A stretch of DNA of 64,000 nucleotides, taken from NCBI RefSeq assembly GCF_009914755.1, contig NC_060940.1. The stretch is one strand, 5' to 3'. This document shows, piece by piece, positions 1 to 15,300 of this stretch. A program made the translations under genes and the position numbers. The notes under the pieces are model-generated. The model saw only the letters and a list, made by a program, of their open reading frames with translations. It was not told the DNA's origin and searched no databases. Within the stretch, counting starts at the first letter, position 1. Each line of letters opens with the position of its first letter. Source of the DNA: the human T2T-CHM13v2.0 reference genome, Homo sapiens.

Positions 1-650
1 TAGATTCCATTTGATGATTCCATTCGATTCCATTCGACGATGATTCCATTCGATTCCGTTTGATGATTCCATTCTATTCTATTTGATGATGATTCCATTC
101 GATTCCATTCGATGATGATTGGATTCGATTCCATTGGATGATTTCATTTGATTCCATTCGTTAATGATTTCGATCAATTCCATTCGATGATTCCATTCGA
201 TTCCATTCGATAATGATTACATCCGAGTCCATTCGATGATTCCCTTTGAGCCTGTTCGATAATTCCATTTGAGTCCAACCAATGATTCCATTCATTTCCA
301 TTCAATGATTCCATTCGAGTCCATTTGATCATTCCGGTAGGGTCCATTCGATGTTGATTCCATTGGAGTGCATTCGATGATTCCATTCGAGTCCATTTTA
401 GGATTTGATTCGAGTCCTTTCGATGATTCCATTCGATTCCACTCGATGATGATTTCATTCGAGTCCATTCGACACTTCCAATCGATTCCATTTGATGATT
501 CCATTCGAGTCCAATTGATGATTCCATTCAATTCCATTCGATGATGATTCCGTACGATTCCATTCTGTGATGATTCCATGTGATTGCATTCAATGATGAT
601 TCCTTTCGATTGCATTCGATTATGATTCATTTCGTGTTCATTCTATGGTT
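1..650 (+). repeat. Partial unit U0 (3' end of a macro-unit)
   Basis: Matches the last 650 bp of later units (ATTCCGGTAGGGTCC, GACACTTCCAATCG) up to landmark CCACAGG at 651. Confidence 0.9.
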
Positions 651-3600
651 CCACAGGTTTCCATTCGTGTCCATTCCATTATTCCATTCTATTCCATTTG
701 ATGATGATTCCATTCGATTCCATTCATTGGTGATTCCACTCAATTCCATTCAATGATTCCATTCCATTTCTTTCAACAATGATTCCATTAGTTTCTAATC
801 GATGATCCACTTGATTCCATTTGACGACGATTCCATTCTTGTCCATTCGATGATTCCATTTGATTCCGTATGATGATGATTCCATTCGATTCCATACCAT
901 GATGATTCCATTCGAGTCCATTCAATGGTGATTCCATTCCATTCCATTCGATGATTCCTTTTGATTCCATTCGATGATGATGGCATTCGATTCCTTTCAA
1001 TCATTCCCTTTGATTCCATTCAAAGGTGATTTCATTCAAGTCCATTCGATAATTGCATTCGATTCCATTCTATGATGATTCCATTCGAGTCCATTTGATG
1101 ATTCCATTCAATTCAAGTCAATGATGATTCCATTCGATTCCATTCGATGATTCCATTGGATTCCATTCGATGATGATTCCATTCAAATCCATTTGATAAT
1201 TCAATTCAAGTCCATTCGATGATGATTCCAATCGAATCCATTCAAAGATTCCATTCAGTTCCATTCGATGATTCCCTTAGATTCCATTCGATGATTCCAC
1301 TTGATTGCATTTACGATGATTCCATTCGATTCCATGTGATGATTCCATTCAATTCTATTCAATGATGTCTCCATTTGATTCCATTCGACCATGATTGCCT
1401 TTGATTCCATTCAATGATTCCATTCGGTTCCGTTTGATGATGATTCCGTTCGATTCCATTTGATGATTCCATTTGATTCCATTGGATGAGTCCATTCGAT
1501 TACATTCGATGATTATTCCATTCGAGTGCATTAGATGATTCCATTCGAGTCCATTCGATGATTCCATTCGATTCCATTCGATGTTGATTCTGTTCAAATC
1601 CATTCGATGATTCCACTCGATTCCATTCGTTGACTCCATTTGATCCCATTCGATGATTTCCTTTGATTCCCTTTGATGATCATTCCATTTGATTCAATTC
1701 GGTGATTTCATTTGATTCCATTCAGTGATGTTTCCATTCGACTCCATTCGATGATGATTCCATTCGACTCCATTCGATTATGATTTCATTCAATTCCATT
1801 CGATAATGATTCCCTTCGAGTCCATTCGATGATTCCATTCGATTCCATTCAACGATGATTTGATTCGTGTCCATTCGATGATTCCATTTGATTCCACTTG
1901 ATGATGATTCCATTCGAGTCCATTTGATGATTCCATTCAATTCCATACTCCGATGATTTCTTTTGAGCCCACTCAATGCTTCCACTCGATTCCATATGAT
2001 GATGACTCCATTCGATGAAATTCGATGATGATTCCATTCGCTTGCTTTCGATGATGATTCCACTTGAGTCCGTTAGAAGATTCTATTCAATTACATTCCA
2101 TGACGATTCCGTTCGAGTCCATTTGATGATTCCATTAGACTCCATTCGACGATGATTCCATTCGATGTTATTCGATGATTCCATTCGATCTCATTCGATG
2201 ATGATTCCATTCAACTCCATTCGATGTTTCCATTCGAGTTCATTCTATTATTCCATTAGATTCAATTCGATGATGATTCCATTCGATTCCATTTGATGAT
2301 TGCATTCTATTTCATTTGATGATGATTCCATTCGAGTCCACTCGATGATTCCATTCGAGTCCATTTAATGAATCCATTGGTTTCAATTCTATGATGATTA
2401 CATTGGATTCCATTCGTTGATGAATTCATTCGGTTCCATTCAATGATGATTCCATTCAATTCCTTTCAATGTTTCCATTCAATTCCATACGATGATGATT
2501 CCATTTGATTTGATTCAACAGTGAGCCATTCGATTCAATTCCATGATGATCCTATTTGATTCAATTGGTGGACATTTCCATTCGATTCCATTCGATGATG
2601 ATTCCCTTTGATTCCATTCAAAGATGATTCCATTCTAGCCCATTCAATCATTCCATTCGATTCTATTCAATGATGATTCCATTCATGTCGATTTGGTGAT
2701 TCCATTTGACTTCATTTGATGATGATTCCTTTCAAGTTCATTAGATGATTCCATTCGATTCCATTTGATGATGATCCCATTCGAGTCCATTCAGTGATTC
2801 CACTCGTTTCCATTCCATGATGATTCCATTCCATTCCATTCAATGATTCCATTCAATTCCGTTGGATGATGATTTCATTCGAGTCCATTTGATGATTCCA
2901 TTTGATTCCATTCGATGATGATTCCATTCGAGTCCATTCGATGATTCTATTCGAATCCATTTGATGATTTCTTTTGATTATAGTTGGTGATGATTCCATT
3001 GGAGTCCATTCAATGATTCCATTCGATTCCAATCGATGGTGATTCCATTAGAGTCCATTTAATGATTCCATTTGATTCCAGTCTCTGATGATTACATTCG
3101 AGTCCATACGATGATTCCACTCAATTCCATATGATGATGATTCCATTCTATTCCATTCGATGATTCCATTCTATTCTATTCGATAATGATTCCATTCGAG
3201 TCCATTCGATGATTCCATTCGAGTCCATTTAATGATTCCATTGGGTTCAATTCAATGATGATTACATTGGATTCCGTTCTATGATTCCATTCAATTCCGT
3301 TCATTGACAATTTGATTCCATTCGATGATGATTCCATTTGAGTTCATTCGATGATTCTATTCGATTCTCTTCGATGGTGATTCAATTCTATTATATTGGA
3401 TGATTCCATTCGATTCCATTTGATGTTGATTCAATTCGATTCTATTCGATGATGATTCCATTGGATTTCACTTGATGATTCTATTCGATTCCATTCAATG
3501 ATGATTCACTTCTCGTCCATTGGATGATTCCATTTCATTCCATTCGATGATGATTCCATTCGATTCCATTCGATGATTCCATTTGATTCCATGCGACGGT

Positions 3601-5000
3601 GAGCAATTCGATTCAATTCCATGATGATTCTATTTGATTCAATTAGATGATGTTTCCATTCGAATCCATTCCATGATTATTCCATTGGAATCCATTCGGC
3701 GATGATTCCATATGAGTCAATTCAATGATGATTCCATATGGGTCCGTTCGATGATAATTCCATTTGATTTCATTCGATGCTTCTATTCTATTCCAGTCGA
3801 TGATGATTCCGTTGGAGTCCATACGATGATTCCATTTGATTTCATTTGATGATGATTCCATTCGATGATGATTACATTGGATTCCATTCTATGATTCCAT
3901 TCAATTCCATTCGTTGATGATTCGATTCCATTCAATGATGATTCCATTTGAGTTCATTCGATGATTCTATTCGATTCCGTTCGATGGTGATTCAATTCTA
4001 TTATATTGGATGATTCCACTCGATTCCATTTGATGATTATTCCATTGGAGTCCACTTAGTGAATCCTTTAGATTCTACTCGACGATGATTCCATTCGAGT
4101 CCATTCGATGATACCATTCAATTCCATTCGTTGATGCTTCCATTCAAGTGCATTCGATGATATCATTCGATTCCATTTGATGATAATTCCATTTGATTCC
4201 ATGCGATGATTCTATTCGATTCCATTCAATGATAATTCCATTCAATTCAGTGATTCCTCTGGACTCCATTTGATGATGATTCCATTCAATGATTCCATTC
4301 GATTCTATTCGAAAATGATTCCATTTGAATCCATTTGATGATGATTCCATTAGATTCCATTTGATGATTCCATTCGATTCCATTCGACGATGATTCCATT
4401 CGATTCCGTTTGATGATTCCATTCTATTCTATTCGATGATGATTCCATTCGATTCCATTCGATGATGATTGGATTCGATTCCATTTGATGATTTCATTTG
4501 ATTCCATTCGTTAATGATTTCGATCAATTCCATTCGATGATTCCATTCGATTCCATTCGATAATGATTACATCCGAGTCCATTCGATGATTCCCTTTGAG
4601 CCTGTTCGATAATTCCATTTGAGTCCAACCAATGATTCCATTCATTTCCATTCAATGATTCCATTCGAGTCCATTTGATCATTCCGGTAGGGTCCATTCG
4701 ATGTTGATTCCATTGGAGTGCATTCGATGATTCCATTCGAGTCCATTTTAGGATTTGATTCGAGTCCTTTCGATGATTCCATTCGATTCCACTCGATGAT
4801 GATTTCATTCGAGTCCATTCGACACTTCCAATCGATTCCATTTGATGATTCCATTCGAGTCCAATTGATGATTCCATTCAATTCCATTCGAAGATGATTC
4901 CGTACGATTCCATTCTGTGATGATTCCTTGTGATTGCATTCAATGATGATTCCTTTCGATTGCATTCGATTATGATTCATTTCGTGTTCATTCTATGGTT
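651..5000 (+). repeat. Unit U1, 4350 bp (6112-bp unit minus 1762 bp)
   Basis: Landmarks at 651 and 5001. The GTCTCTGATG offset (2430) is as in canonical U4, but the TTGGGTTCAA offset is 2590 versus 4352. Confidence 0.92.
3256..4036 (+). repeat. Internal ~170-bp direct duplication within the macro-unit, 610 bp apart (example in U1: ~3256-3426 and ~3866-4036)
   Basis: ATTACATTGG at 3261/3871 and TTATATTGGA at 3391/4001; both copies share GAGTTCATTCGATGATTCTATTCGATTC and TTCGATGGTGATTCAATTCTATTATATTGG. Confidence 0.85.
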
Positions 5001-8000
5001 CCACAGGTTTCCATTCGTGTCCATTCCATTATTCCATTCTATTCCATTTGATGATGATTCCATTCGATTCCATTCATTGGTGATTCCACTCAATTCCATT
5101 CAATGATTCCATTCCATTTCTTTCAACAATGATTCCATTAGTTTCTAATCGATGATCCACTTGATTCCATTTGACGACGATTCCATTCTTGTCCATTCGA
5201 TGATTCCATTTGATTCCATATGATGATGATTCCATTCGATTCCATACCATGATGATTCCATTCGAGTCCATTCAATGGTGATTCCATTCAATTCCATTCG
5301 ATGATTCCTTTTGATTCCATTCGATGATGATGGCATTCGATTCCTTTCAATCATTCCCTTTGATTCCATTCAAAGGTGATTTCATTCAAGTCCATTCGAT
5401 AATTGCATTCGATTCCATTCTATGATGATTCCATTCGAGTCCATTTGATGATTCCATTCAATTCAAGTCAATGATGATTCCATTCGATTCCATTCGATGA
5501 TTCCATTGGATTCCATTCGATGATGATTCCATTCAAATCCATTCGATAATTCAATTCAAGTCCATTCGATGATGATTCCAATCGAATCCATTCAAAGATT
5601 CCATTCAGTTCCATTCGATGATTCCCTTAGATTCCATTCGATGATTCCACTTGATTGCATTTACGATGATTCCATTCGATTCCATGTGATGATTCCATTC
5701 AATTCTATTCAATGATGTCTCCATTTGATTCCATTCGACCATGATTGCCTTTGATTCCATTCAATGATTCCATTCGGTTCCGTTTGATGATGATTCCGTT
5801 CGATTCCATTTGATGATTCCATTTGATTCCATTGGATGAGTCCATTCGATTACATTCGATGATTATTCCATTCGAGTGCATTAGATGATTCCATTCGAGT
5901 CCATTCGATGATTCCATTCGATTCCATTCGATGTTGATTCTGTTCAAATCCATTCGATGATTCCACTCGATTCCATTCGTTGACTCCATTTGATCCCATT
6001 CGATGATTTCCTTTGATTCCCTTTGATGATCATTCCATTTGATTCAATTCGGTGATTTCATTTGATTCCATTCAGTGATGTTTCCATTCGACTCCATTCG
6101 ATGATGATTCCATTCGACTCCATTCGATTATGATTTCATTCAATTCCATTCGATAATGATTCCCTTCGAGTCCATTCGATGATTCCATTCGATTCCATTC
6201 AACGATGATTTGATTCGTGTCCATTCGATGATTCCATTTGATTCCACTTGATGATGATTCCATTCGAGTCCATTTGATGATTCCATTCAATTCCATACTC
6301 CGATGATTTCTTTTGAGCCCACTCAATGCTTCCACTCGATTCCATATGATGATGACTCCATTCGATGAAATTCGATGATGATTCCATTCGCTTGCTTTCG
6401 ATGATGATTCCACTTGAGTCCGTTAGAAGATTCTATTCAATTACATTCCATGACGATTCCGTTCGAGTCCATTTGATGATTCCATTAGACTCCATTCGAC
6501 GATGATTCCATTCGATGTTATTCGATGATTCCATTCGATCTCATTCGATGATGATTCCATTCAACTCCATTCGATGTTTCCATTCGAGTTCATTCTATTA
6601 TTCCATTAGATTCAATTCGATGATGATTCCATTCGATTCCATTTGATGATTGCATTCTATTTCATTTGATGATGATTCCATTCGAGTCCACTCGATGATT
6701 CCATTCGAGTCCATTTAATGAATCCATTGGTTTCAATTCTATGATGATTACATTGGATTCCATTCGTTGATGATTTCATTCGGTTCCATTCAATGATGAT
6801 TCCATTCAATTCCTTTCAATGTTTCCATTCAATTCCATACGATGATGATTCCATTTGATTTGATTCAACAGTGAGCCATTCGATTCAATTCCATGATGAT
6901 CCTATTTGATTCAATTGGTGGACATTTCCATTCGATTCCATTCGATGATGATTCCCTTTGATTCCATTCAAAGATGATTCCATTCTAGCCCATTCAATCA
7001 TTCCATTCGATTCTATTCAATGATGATTCCATTCATGTCGATTTGGTGATTCCATTTGACTTCATTTGATGATGATTCCTTTCAAGTTCATTAGATGATT
7101 CCATTCGATTCCATTTGATGATGATCCCATTCGAGTCCATTCAGTGATTCCACTCGTTTCCATTCCATGATGATTCCATTCCATTCCATTCAATGATTCC
7201 ATTCGATTCCGTTGGATGATGATTCCATTCGAGTCCATTCGATGATTCTATTCGAATCCATTTGATGATTTCTTTTGATTATAGTTGGTGATGATTCCAT
7301 TGGAGTCCATTCAATGATTCCATTCGATTCCAATCGATGGTGATTCCATTAGAGTCCATTTAATGATTCCATTTGATTCCAGTCTCTGATGATTACATTC
7401 GAGTCCATACGATGATTCCACTCAATTCCATATGATGATGATTCCATTCTATTCCATTCGATGATTCCATTCTATTCTATTCGATAATGATTCCATTCGA
7501 GTCCATTCGATGATTCCATTCGAGTCCATTTAATGATTCCATTGGGTTCAATTCAATGATGATTACATTGGATTCCGTTCTATGATTCCATTCAATTCCG
7601 TTCATTGACAATTTGATTCCATTCGATGATGATTCCATTTGAGTTCATTCGATGATTCTATTCGATTCTCTTCGATGGTGATTCAATTCTATTATATTGG
7701 ATGATTCCATTCGATTCCATTTGATGTTGATTCAATTCGATTCTATTCGATGATGATTCCATTGGATTTCACTTGATGATTCTATTCGATTCCATTCAAT
7801 GATGATTCACTTCTCGTCCATTGGATGATTCCATTTCATTCCATTCGATGATGATTCCATTCGATTCCATTCGATGATTCCATTTGATTCCATGCGACGG
7901 TGAGCAATTCGATTCAATTCCATGATGATTCTATTTGATTCAATTAGATGATGTTTCCATTCGAATCCATTCCATGATTATTCCATTGGAATCCATTCGG

Positions 8001-9301
8001 CGATGATTCCATATGAGTCAATTCAATGATGATTCCATATGGGTCCGTTCGATGATAATTCCACTTGATTTCATTCGATGCTTCTATTCTATTCCAGTCA
8101 ATGATGATTCCGTTGGAGTCCATACGATGATTCCATTTGATTTCATTTGATGATGATTCCATTCGATGATGATTACATTGGATTCCATTCTATGATTCCA
8201 TTCAATTCCATTCGTTGATGATTCGATTCCATTCAATGATGATTCCTTTTGAGTTCATTCGATGATTCTATTCGATTCCGTTCGATGGTGATTCAATTCT
8301 ATTATATTGGATGATTCCACTCGATTCCATTTGATGATTATTCCATTGGAGTCCACTTAGTGAATCCTTTAGATTCTACTCGACGATGATTCCATTCGAG
8401 TCCATTCGATGATACCATTCAACTCCATTCGTTGATGCTTCCATTCAAGTGCATTCGATGATATCATTCGATTCCATTTGATGATAATTCCATTTGATTC
8501 CATGCGATGATTCTATTCGATTCCATTCAATGATAATTCCATTCAATTCAGTGATTCCTCTGGACTCCATTTGATGATGATTCCATTCAATGATTCCATT
8601 CGATTCTATTCGAAAATGATTCCATTTGAATCCATTTGATGATGATTCCATTAGATTCCATTTGATGATTCCATTCGATTCCATTCGACGATGATTCCAT
8701 TCGATTCCGTTTGATGATTCCATTCTATTCTATTCGATGATGATTCCATTCGATTCCATTCGATGATGATTGGATTCGATTCCATTTGATGATTTCATTT
8801 GATTCCATTCGTTAATGATTTCGATCAATTCCATTCGATGATTCCATTCGATTCCATTCGATAATGATTACATCCGAGTCCATTCGATGATTCCCTTTGA
8901 GCCTGTTCGATAATTCCATTTGAGTCCAACCAATGATTCCATTCATTTCCATTCAATGATTCCATTCGAGTCCATTTGATCATTCCGGTAGGGTCCATTC
9001 GATGTTGATTCCATTGGAGTGCATTCGATGATTCCATTCGAGTCCATTTTAGGATTTGATTCGAGTCCTTTCGATGATTCCATTCGATTCCACTCGATGA
9101 TGATTTCATTCGAGTCCATTCGACACTTCCAATCGATTCCATTTGATGATTCCATTCGAGTCCAATTGATGATTCCATTCAATTCCATTCGATGATGATT
9201 CCGTACGATTCCATTCTGTGATGATTCCATGTGATTGCATTCAATGATGATTCCTTTCGATTGCATTCGATTATGATTCATTTCGTGTTCATTCTATGGT
9301 T
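5001..9301 (+). repeat. Unit U2, 4301 bp (as U1 plus a 49-bp deletion near 7220)
   Basis: Landmarks 5001 and 9302; same junction as U1; compare 7211-7260 with 2861-2960. Confidence 0.92.
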
Positions 9302-12300
9302 CCACAGGTTTCCATTCGTGTCCATTCCATTATTCCATTCTATTCCATTTGATGATGATTCCATTCGATTCCATTCATTGGTGATTCCACTCAATTCCAT
9401 TCAATGATTCCATTCCATTTCTTTCAACAATGATTCCATTACTTTCTAATCGATGATCCACTTGATTCCATTTGACGACGATTCCATTCTTGTCCATTCG
9501 ATGATTCCATTTGATTCCATATGATGATGATTCCATTCGATTCCATACCATGATGATTCCATTCGAGTCCATTCAATGGTGATTCCATTCAATTCCATTC
9601 GATGATTCCTTTCGATTCCGTTCGATGATGATGGCATTCGATTCCTTTCAATCATTCCCTTTGATTCCATTCCAAGGTGATTTCATTCAAGTCCATTCGA
9701 TAATTGCATTCGATTCCATTCTATGATGATTCCATTCGAGTCCATTTGATGATTCCATTCAATTCAAGTCAATGATGATTCCATTCGATTCCATTCGATG
9801 ATTCCATTGGATTCCATTCGATGATGATTCCATTCAAATCCATTCGATAATTCAATTCAAGTCCATTCGATGATGATTCCAATCGAATCCATTCAAAGAT
9901 TCCATTCAGTTCCATTCGATGATTCCCTTAGATTCCATTCGATGATTCCACTTGATTGCATTTACGATGATTCCATTCGATTCCATGTGATGATTCCATT
10001 CAATTCTATTCAATGATGTCTCCATTTGATTCCATTCGACCATGATTGCCTTTGATTCCATTCAATGATTCCATTCGGTTCCGTTTGATGATGATTCCGT
10101 TCGATTCCATTTGATGATTCCATTTGATTCCATTGGATGAGTCCATTCGATTACATTCGATGATTATTCCATTCGAGTGCATTAGATGATTCCATTCGAG
10201 TCCATTCGATGATTCCATTCGATTCCATTCGATGTTGATTCTGTTCAAATCCATTCGATGATTCCACTCGATTCCATTCGTTGACTCCATTTGATCCCAT
10301 TCGATGATTTCCTTTGATTCCCTTTGATGATCATTCCATTTGATTCAATTCGGTGATTTCATTTGATTCCATTCAGTGATGTTTCCATTCGACTCCATTC
10401 GATGATGATTCCATTCGACTCCATTCGATTATGATTTCATTCAATTCCATTCGATAATGATTCCCTTCGAGTCCATTCGATGATTCCATTCGATTCCATT
10501 CAACAATGATTTGATTCGTGTCCATTCGATGATTCCATTTGATTCCACATGATGATGATTCCATTCGAGTCCATTTGATGATTCCATTCAATTCCATACT
10601 CCGATGATTTCTTTTGAGCCCACTCAATGCTTCCACTCGATTCCATATGATGATGACTCCATTCGATGAAATTCGATGATGATTCCATTCGCTTGCTTTC
10701 GATGATGATTCCACTTGAGTCCGTTAGAAGATTCTATTCAATTACATTCCATGACGATTCCGTTCGAGTCCATTTGATGATTCCATTAGACTCCATTCGA
10801 CGATGATTCCATTCGATGTTATTCGATGATTCCATTCGATCTCATTCGATGATGATTCCATTCAACTCCATTCGATGTTTCCATTCGAGTTCATTCTATT
10901 ATTCCATTAGATTCCATTCGATGATGATTCCATTCGATTCCATTTGATGATTGCATTCTATTTCATTTGATGATGATTCCATTCGAGTCCACTCGATGAT
11001 TCCATTCGAGTCCATTTAATGAATCCATTGGTTTCAATTCTATGATGATTTCATTCGGTTCCATTCAATGATGATTCCATTCAATTCCTTTCAATGTTTC
11101 CATTCAATTCCATACGATGATGATTCCATTTGATTTGATTCGACAGTGAGCCATTCGATTCAATTCCATGATGATTCTATTTGATTCAATTGGTTGACAT
11201 TTCCATTCGATTCCATTCGATGATGATTCCCTTTGATTCCGTTCCAAGATGATTCCATTCTAGCCCATTCAATCATTCCATTCGATTCTATTCAATGATG
11301 ATTCCATTCATGTCGATTTGGTGATTCCATTTGACTTCATTTGATGATGATTCCTTTCAAGTTCATTAGATGATTCCATTCGATTCCATTTGATGATGAT
11401 CCCATTCGAGTCCATTCAGTGATTCCATTCGTTTCCATTCCATGATGATTCCATTCCTTTCCATTCAATGATTCCATTCGATTCCGTTTGATGATGATTT
11501 CATTCGAGTCCATTTGATGATTCCATTTGATTCCATTCGATGATGATTCCATTCGAGTCCATTCGATGATTCTATTCGAATCCATTTGATGATTTCTTTT
11601 GATTATATTTGGTGATGATTCCATTGGAGTCCATTCAATGATTCCATTCTATTCCAATCGATGATGATTCCATTAGAGTCCATTTAATGATTCCATTTGA
11701 TTCCAGTCTCTGATGATTACATTCGAGTCCATACGATGATTCCACTCAATTCCATATGACGATGATTCCATTTGATTCCATTCGGTGATTCCATTCTATT
11801 CTATTCAATGGTGATTCCATTCGAGTACATTAGATGATTCCATTCGTTTCCATTCAATGATGATTCTATTTGTGTCCCTTAGATGATTCCACATGATTCC
11901 ATTAGATGATGATACTATTTGAGCCCATCCAATGATTCCCTTCGATTCCATTCGATGAGGATTCCATTCGATTCAATTCATTGGTGATTCTATTCAATTC
12001 AATTCTTTGATTCCATTCCATTCCATTCGACAATGATTCCATTCGATTTCTTTCGATGATTCCACTCGATTCCACTTGACATTGATTCCATTCGATTCCA
12101 TTCGTTGATTCCATTTGATTCCAGTGGGTGATGATTGCCATCGATTCCATTCGATCACTCCATTCTATTCCATTTGATGATGATTACATTCGATTCCATT
12201 TGATGATTCCATCTGATTCTATTCGAGGATTCCATTTGATTCCATTCGATGATGATTCCATTCGAGTCCATTCGATGATTTCATTCGAGTACATCCAATG

Positions 12301-15300
12301 ATTCCATTCGAGTCCATTAGATGATTCCATTTGATTCCATTTGAAAATGATTCTACTAGAGTCCATTCAATGACTCCATTCGAGTCCATTCAACAATTCC
12401 ATTCGACTCCATTCGATGATTCCATTCGATTCCATTTGATGGTTCCATTCGAGTCCATTTAATCATTACAGTCGAGTCCATTTGGTGATTCCACTGGATT
12501 TCTTTTGATAATGATACCATTCAATTGCATTTGATGATGATCCCATTCAATTTCATTTGATGATGATTCCATTAGAGTCCATTCGATGATTTCATTCGAG
12601 TCCCTTCATTGATTCCATCCGATTTCATTGGATGATGACTCCATTCGAGTCCATTCGATGTTTCCACTCGATTCCATTAGATGACTCCATTGGAGTCCAT
12701 TTGATTGTTCCATTCGATTCCATTCGATTCCTTTCAAAGATTATTCCATTTGAGTCCATTCGATGATGATTCCATTCCATTCCATTCGATGATTCCGTTT
12801 GATTCCATTCGATGATTCCCTTCGATTCCTTTCTTTGATGATTCCATTCCATTCCATTCAATGATTCCATTCGAATCTATTCCATGATGATTCCTTTCGA
12901 TTCCATTCGCTGATGTTTCCGTTCAATTCCATTCGATGATGATTCCATTCGATTCCATTCATTGAGGATTCCATTTGATTCCATTCAATGATGATTCCAT
13001 TCTATTCCATTCAATGATTGCATTCAATTCCATTCAATGATTATCCCATTAGAGTAAACTCAACGATTCCATTCAATACCATTCGATGATGATTCCTTTT
13101 GAGTCCATTCAATGATTTCATTCAAGTCCATTTGATGATTCCTTTCAATTCCATTCTATGATGATTCCATTCGAGTCCATTCGATGATTCCATTCGATTG
13201 CATTCGATGATTCCATTATATTCCATTCAACGGTGATTCCATTCGAGTCCATTCCATGATTCCATTAGAGTACATTTAATGATTGCTTTGTTTTCAATTC
13301 GAAGATGATTACATTGGATTCCATTCTATGATACCATTCGATTCCATTCAATGATGATTCCACTCAAATCCATTGGATGATTCCATTCGTGTCCATTCGG
13401 TGATTTCATTAGATTCCATTCGAGGATGATTCCATTCGATTCCATTCGATGATTCCATTCAATTCCATTCGATGATGATTCCATTCCAGTCCATATGATC
13501 ATTCCATTTGATTTCATTCGATGATGATTCCATTCGATTCGATTCGACGATTCCATTCTATTCCATTCGATGATGATTCCATTCGAGTCCATTCGATCAT
13601 TCCATTCGAGTCCATTTAATGATTCCATTGGGTTCAATTCAATGATGATTACATTGGATTCCGTTCTATGATTCCATTCAATTCCGTTCATTGACAATTT
13701 GATTCCATTCGATGATGATTCCATTTGAGTTCATTCGATGATTCTATTCGATTCTCTTCGATGGTGATTCAATTCTATTATATTGGATGATTCCATTCGA
13801 TTCCATTTGATGTTGATTCAATTCGATTCTATTCGATGATGATTCCATTGGATTTCACTTGATGATTCTATTCGATTCCATTCAATGATGATTCACTTCT
13901 CGTCCATTGGATGATTCCATTTCATTCCATTCGATGATGATTCCATTCGATTCCATTCGATGATTCCATTTGATTCCATGCGACGGTGAGCAATTCGATT
14001 CAATTCCATGATGATTCTATTTGATTCAATTAGATGATGTTTCCATTCGAATCCATTCCATGATTATTCCATTGGAATCCATTTGGCGATGATTCCATAT
14101 GAGTCAATTCAATGATGATTCCATATGGGTCCGTTCGATGATAATTCCATTTGATTTCATTCGATGCTTCTATTCTATTCCAGTCGATGATGATTCCGTT
14201 GGAGTCCATACGATGATTCCATTTGATTTCATTTGATGATGATTCCATTCGATGATGATTACATTGGATTCCATTCTATGATTCCATTCAATTCCATTCG
14301 TTGATGATTCGATTCCATTCAATGATGATTCCATTTGAGTTCATTCGATGATTCTATTCGATTCCGTTCGATGGTGATTCAATTCTATTATATTGGATGA
14401 TTCCACTCGATTCCATTTGATGATTATTCCATTGGAGTCCACTTAGTGAATCCTTTAGATTCTACTCGACGATGATTCCATTCGAGTCCATTCGATGATA
14501 CCATTCAATTCAATTCGTTGATGCTTCCATTCAAGTGCATTCGATGATATCATTCGATTCCATTTGATGATAATTCCATTTGATTCCATGCGATGATTCT
14601 ATTCGATTCCATTCAATGATAATTCCATTCAATTCAGTGATTCCTCTGGACTCCATTTGATGATGATTCCATTCAATGATTCCATTCGATTCTATTCGAA
14701 AATGATTCCATTTGAATCCATTTGATGATGATTCCATTAGATTCCATTTGATGATTCCATTCGATTCCATTCGACGATGATTCCATTCGATTCCGTTTGA
14801 TGATTCCATTCTATTCTATTTGATGATGATTCCATTCGATTCCATTCGATGATGATTGGATTCGATTCCATTGGATGATTTCATTTGATTCCATTCGTTA
14901 ATGATTTCGATCAATTCCATTCGATGATTCCATTCGATTCCATTCGATAATGATTACATCCGAGTCCATTCGATGATTCCCTTTGAGCCTGTTCGATAAT
15001 TCCATTTGAGTCCAACCAATGATTCCATTCATTTCCATTCAATGATTCCATTCGAGTCCATTTGATCATTCCGGTAGGGTCCATTCGATGTTGATTCCAT
15101 TGGAGTGCATTCGATGATTCCATTCGAGTCCATTTTAGGATTTGATTCGAGTCCTTTCGATGATTCCATTCGATTCCACTCGATGATGATTTCATTCGAG
15201 TCCATTCGACACTTCCAATCGATTCCATTTGATGATTCCATTCGAGTCCAATTGATGATTCCATTCAATTCCATTCGATGATGATTCCGTACGATTCCAT

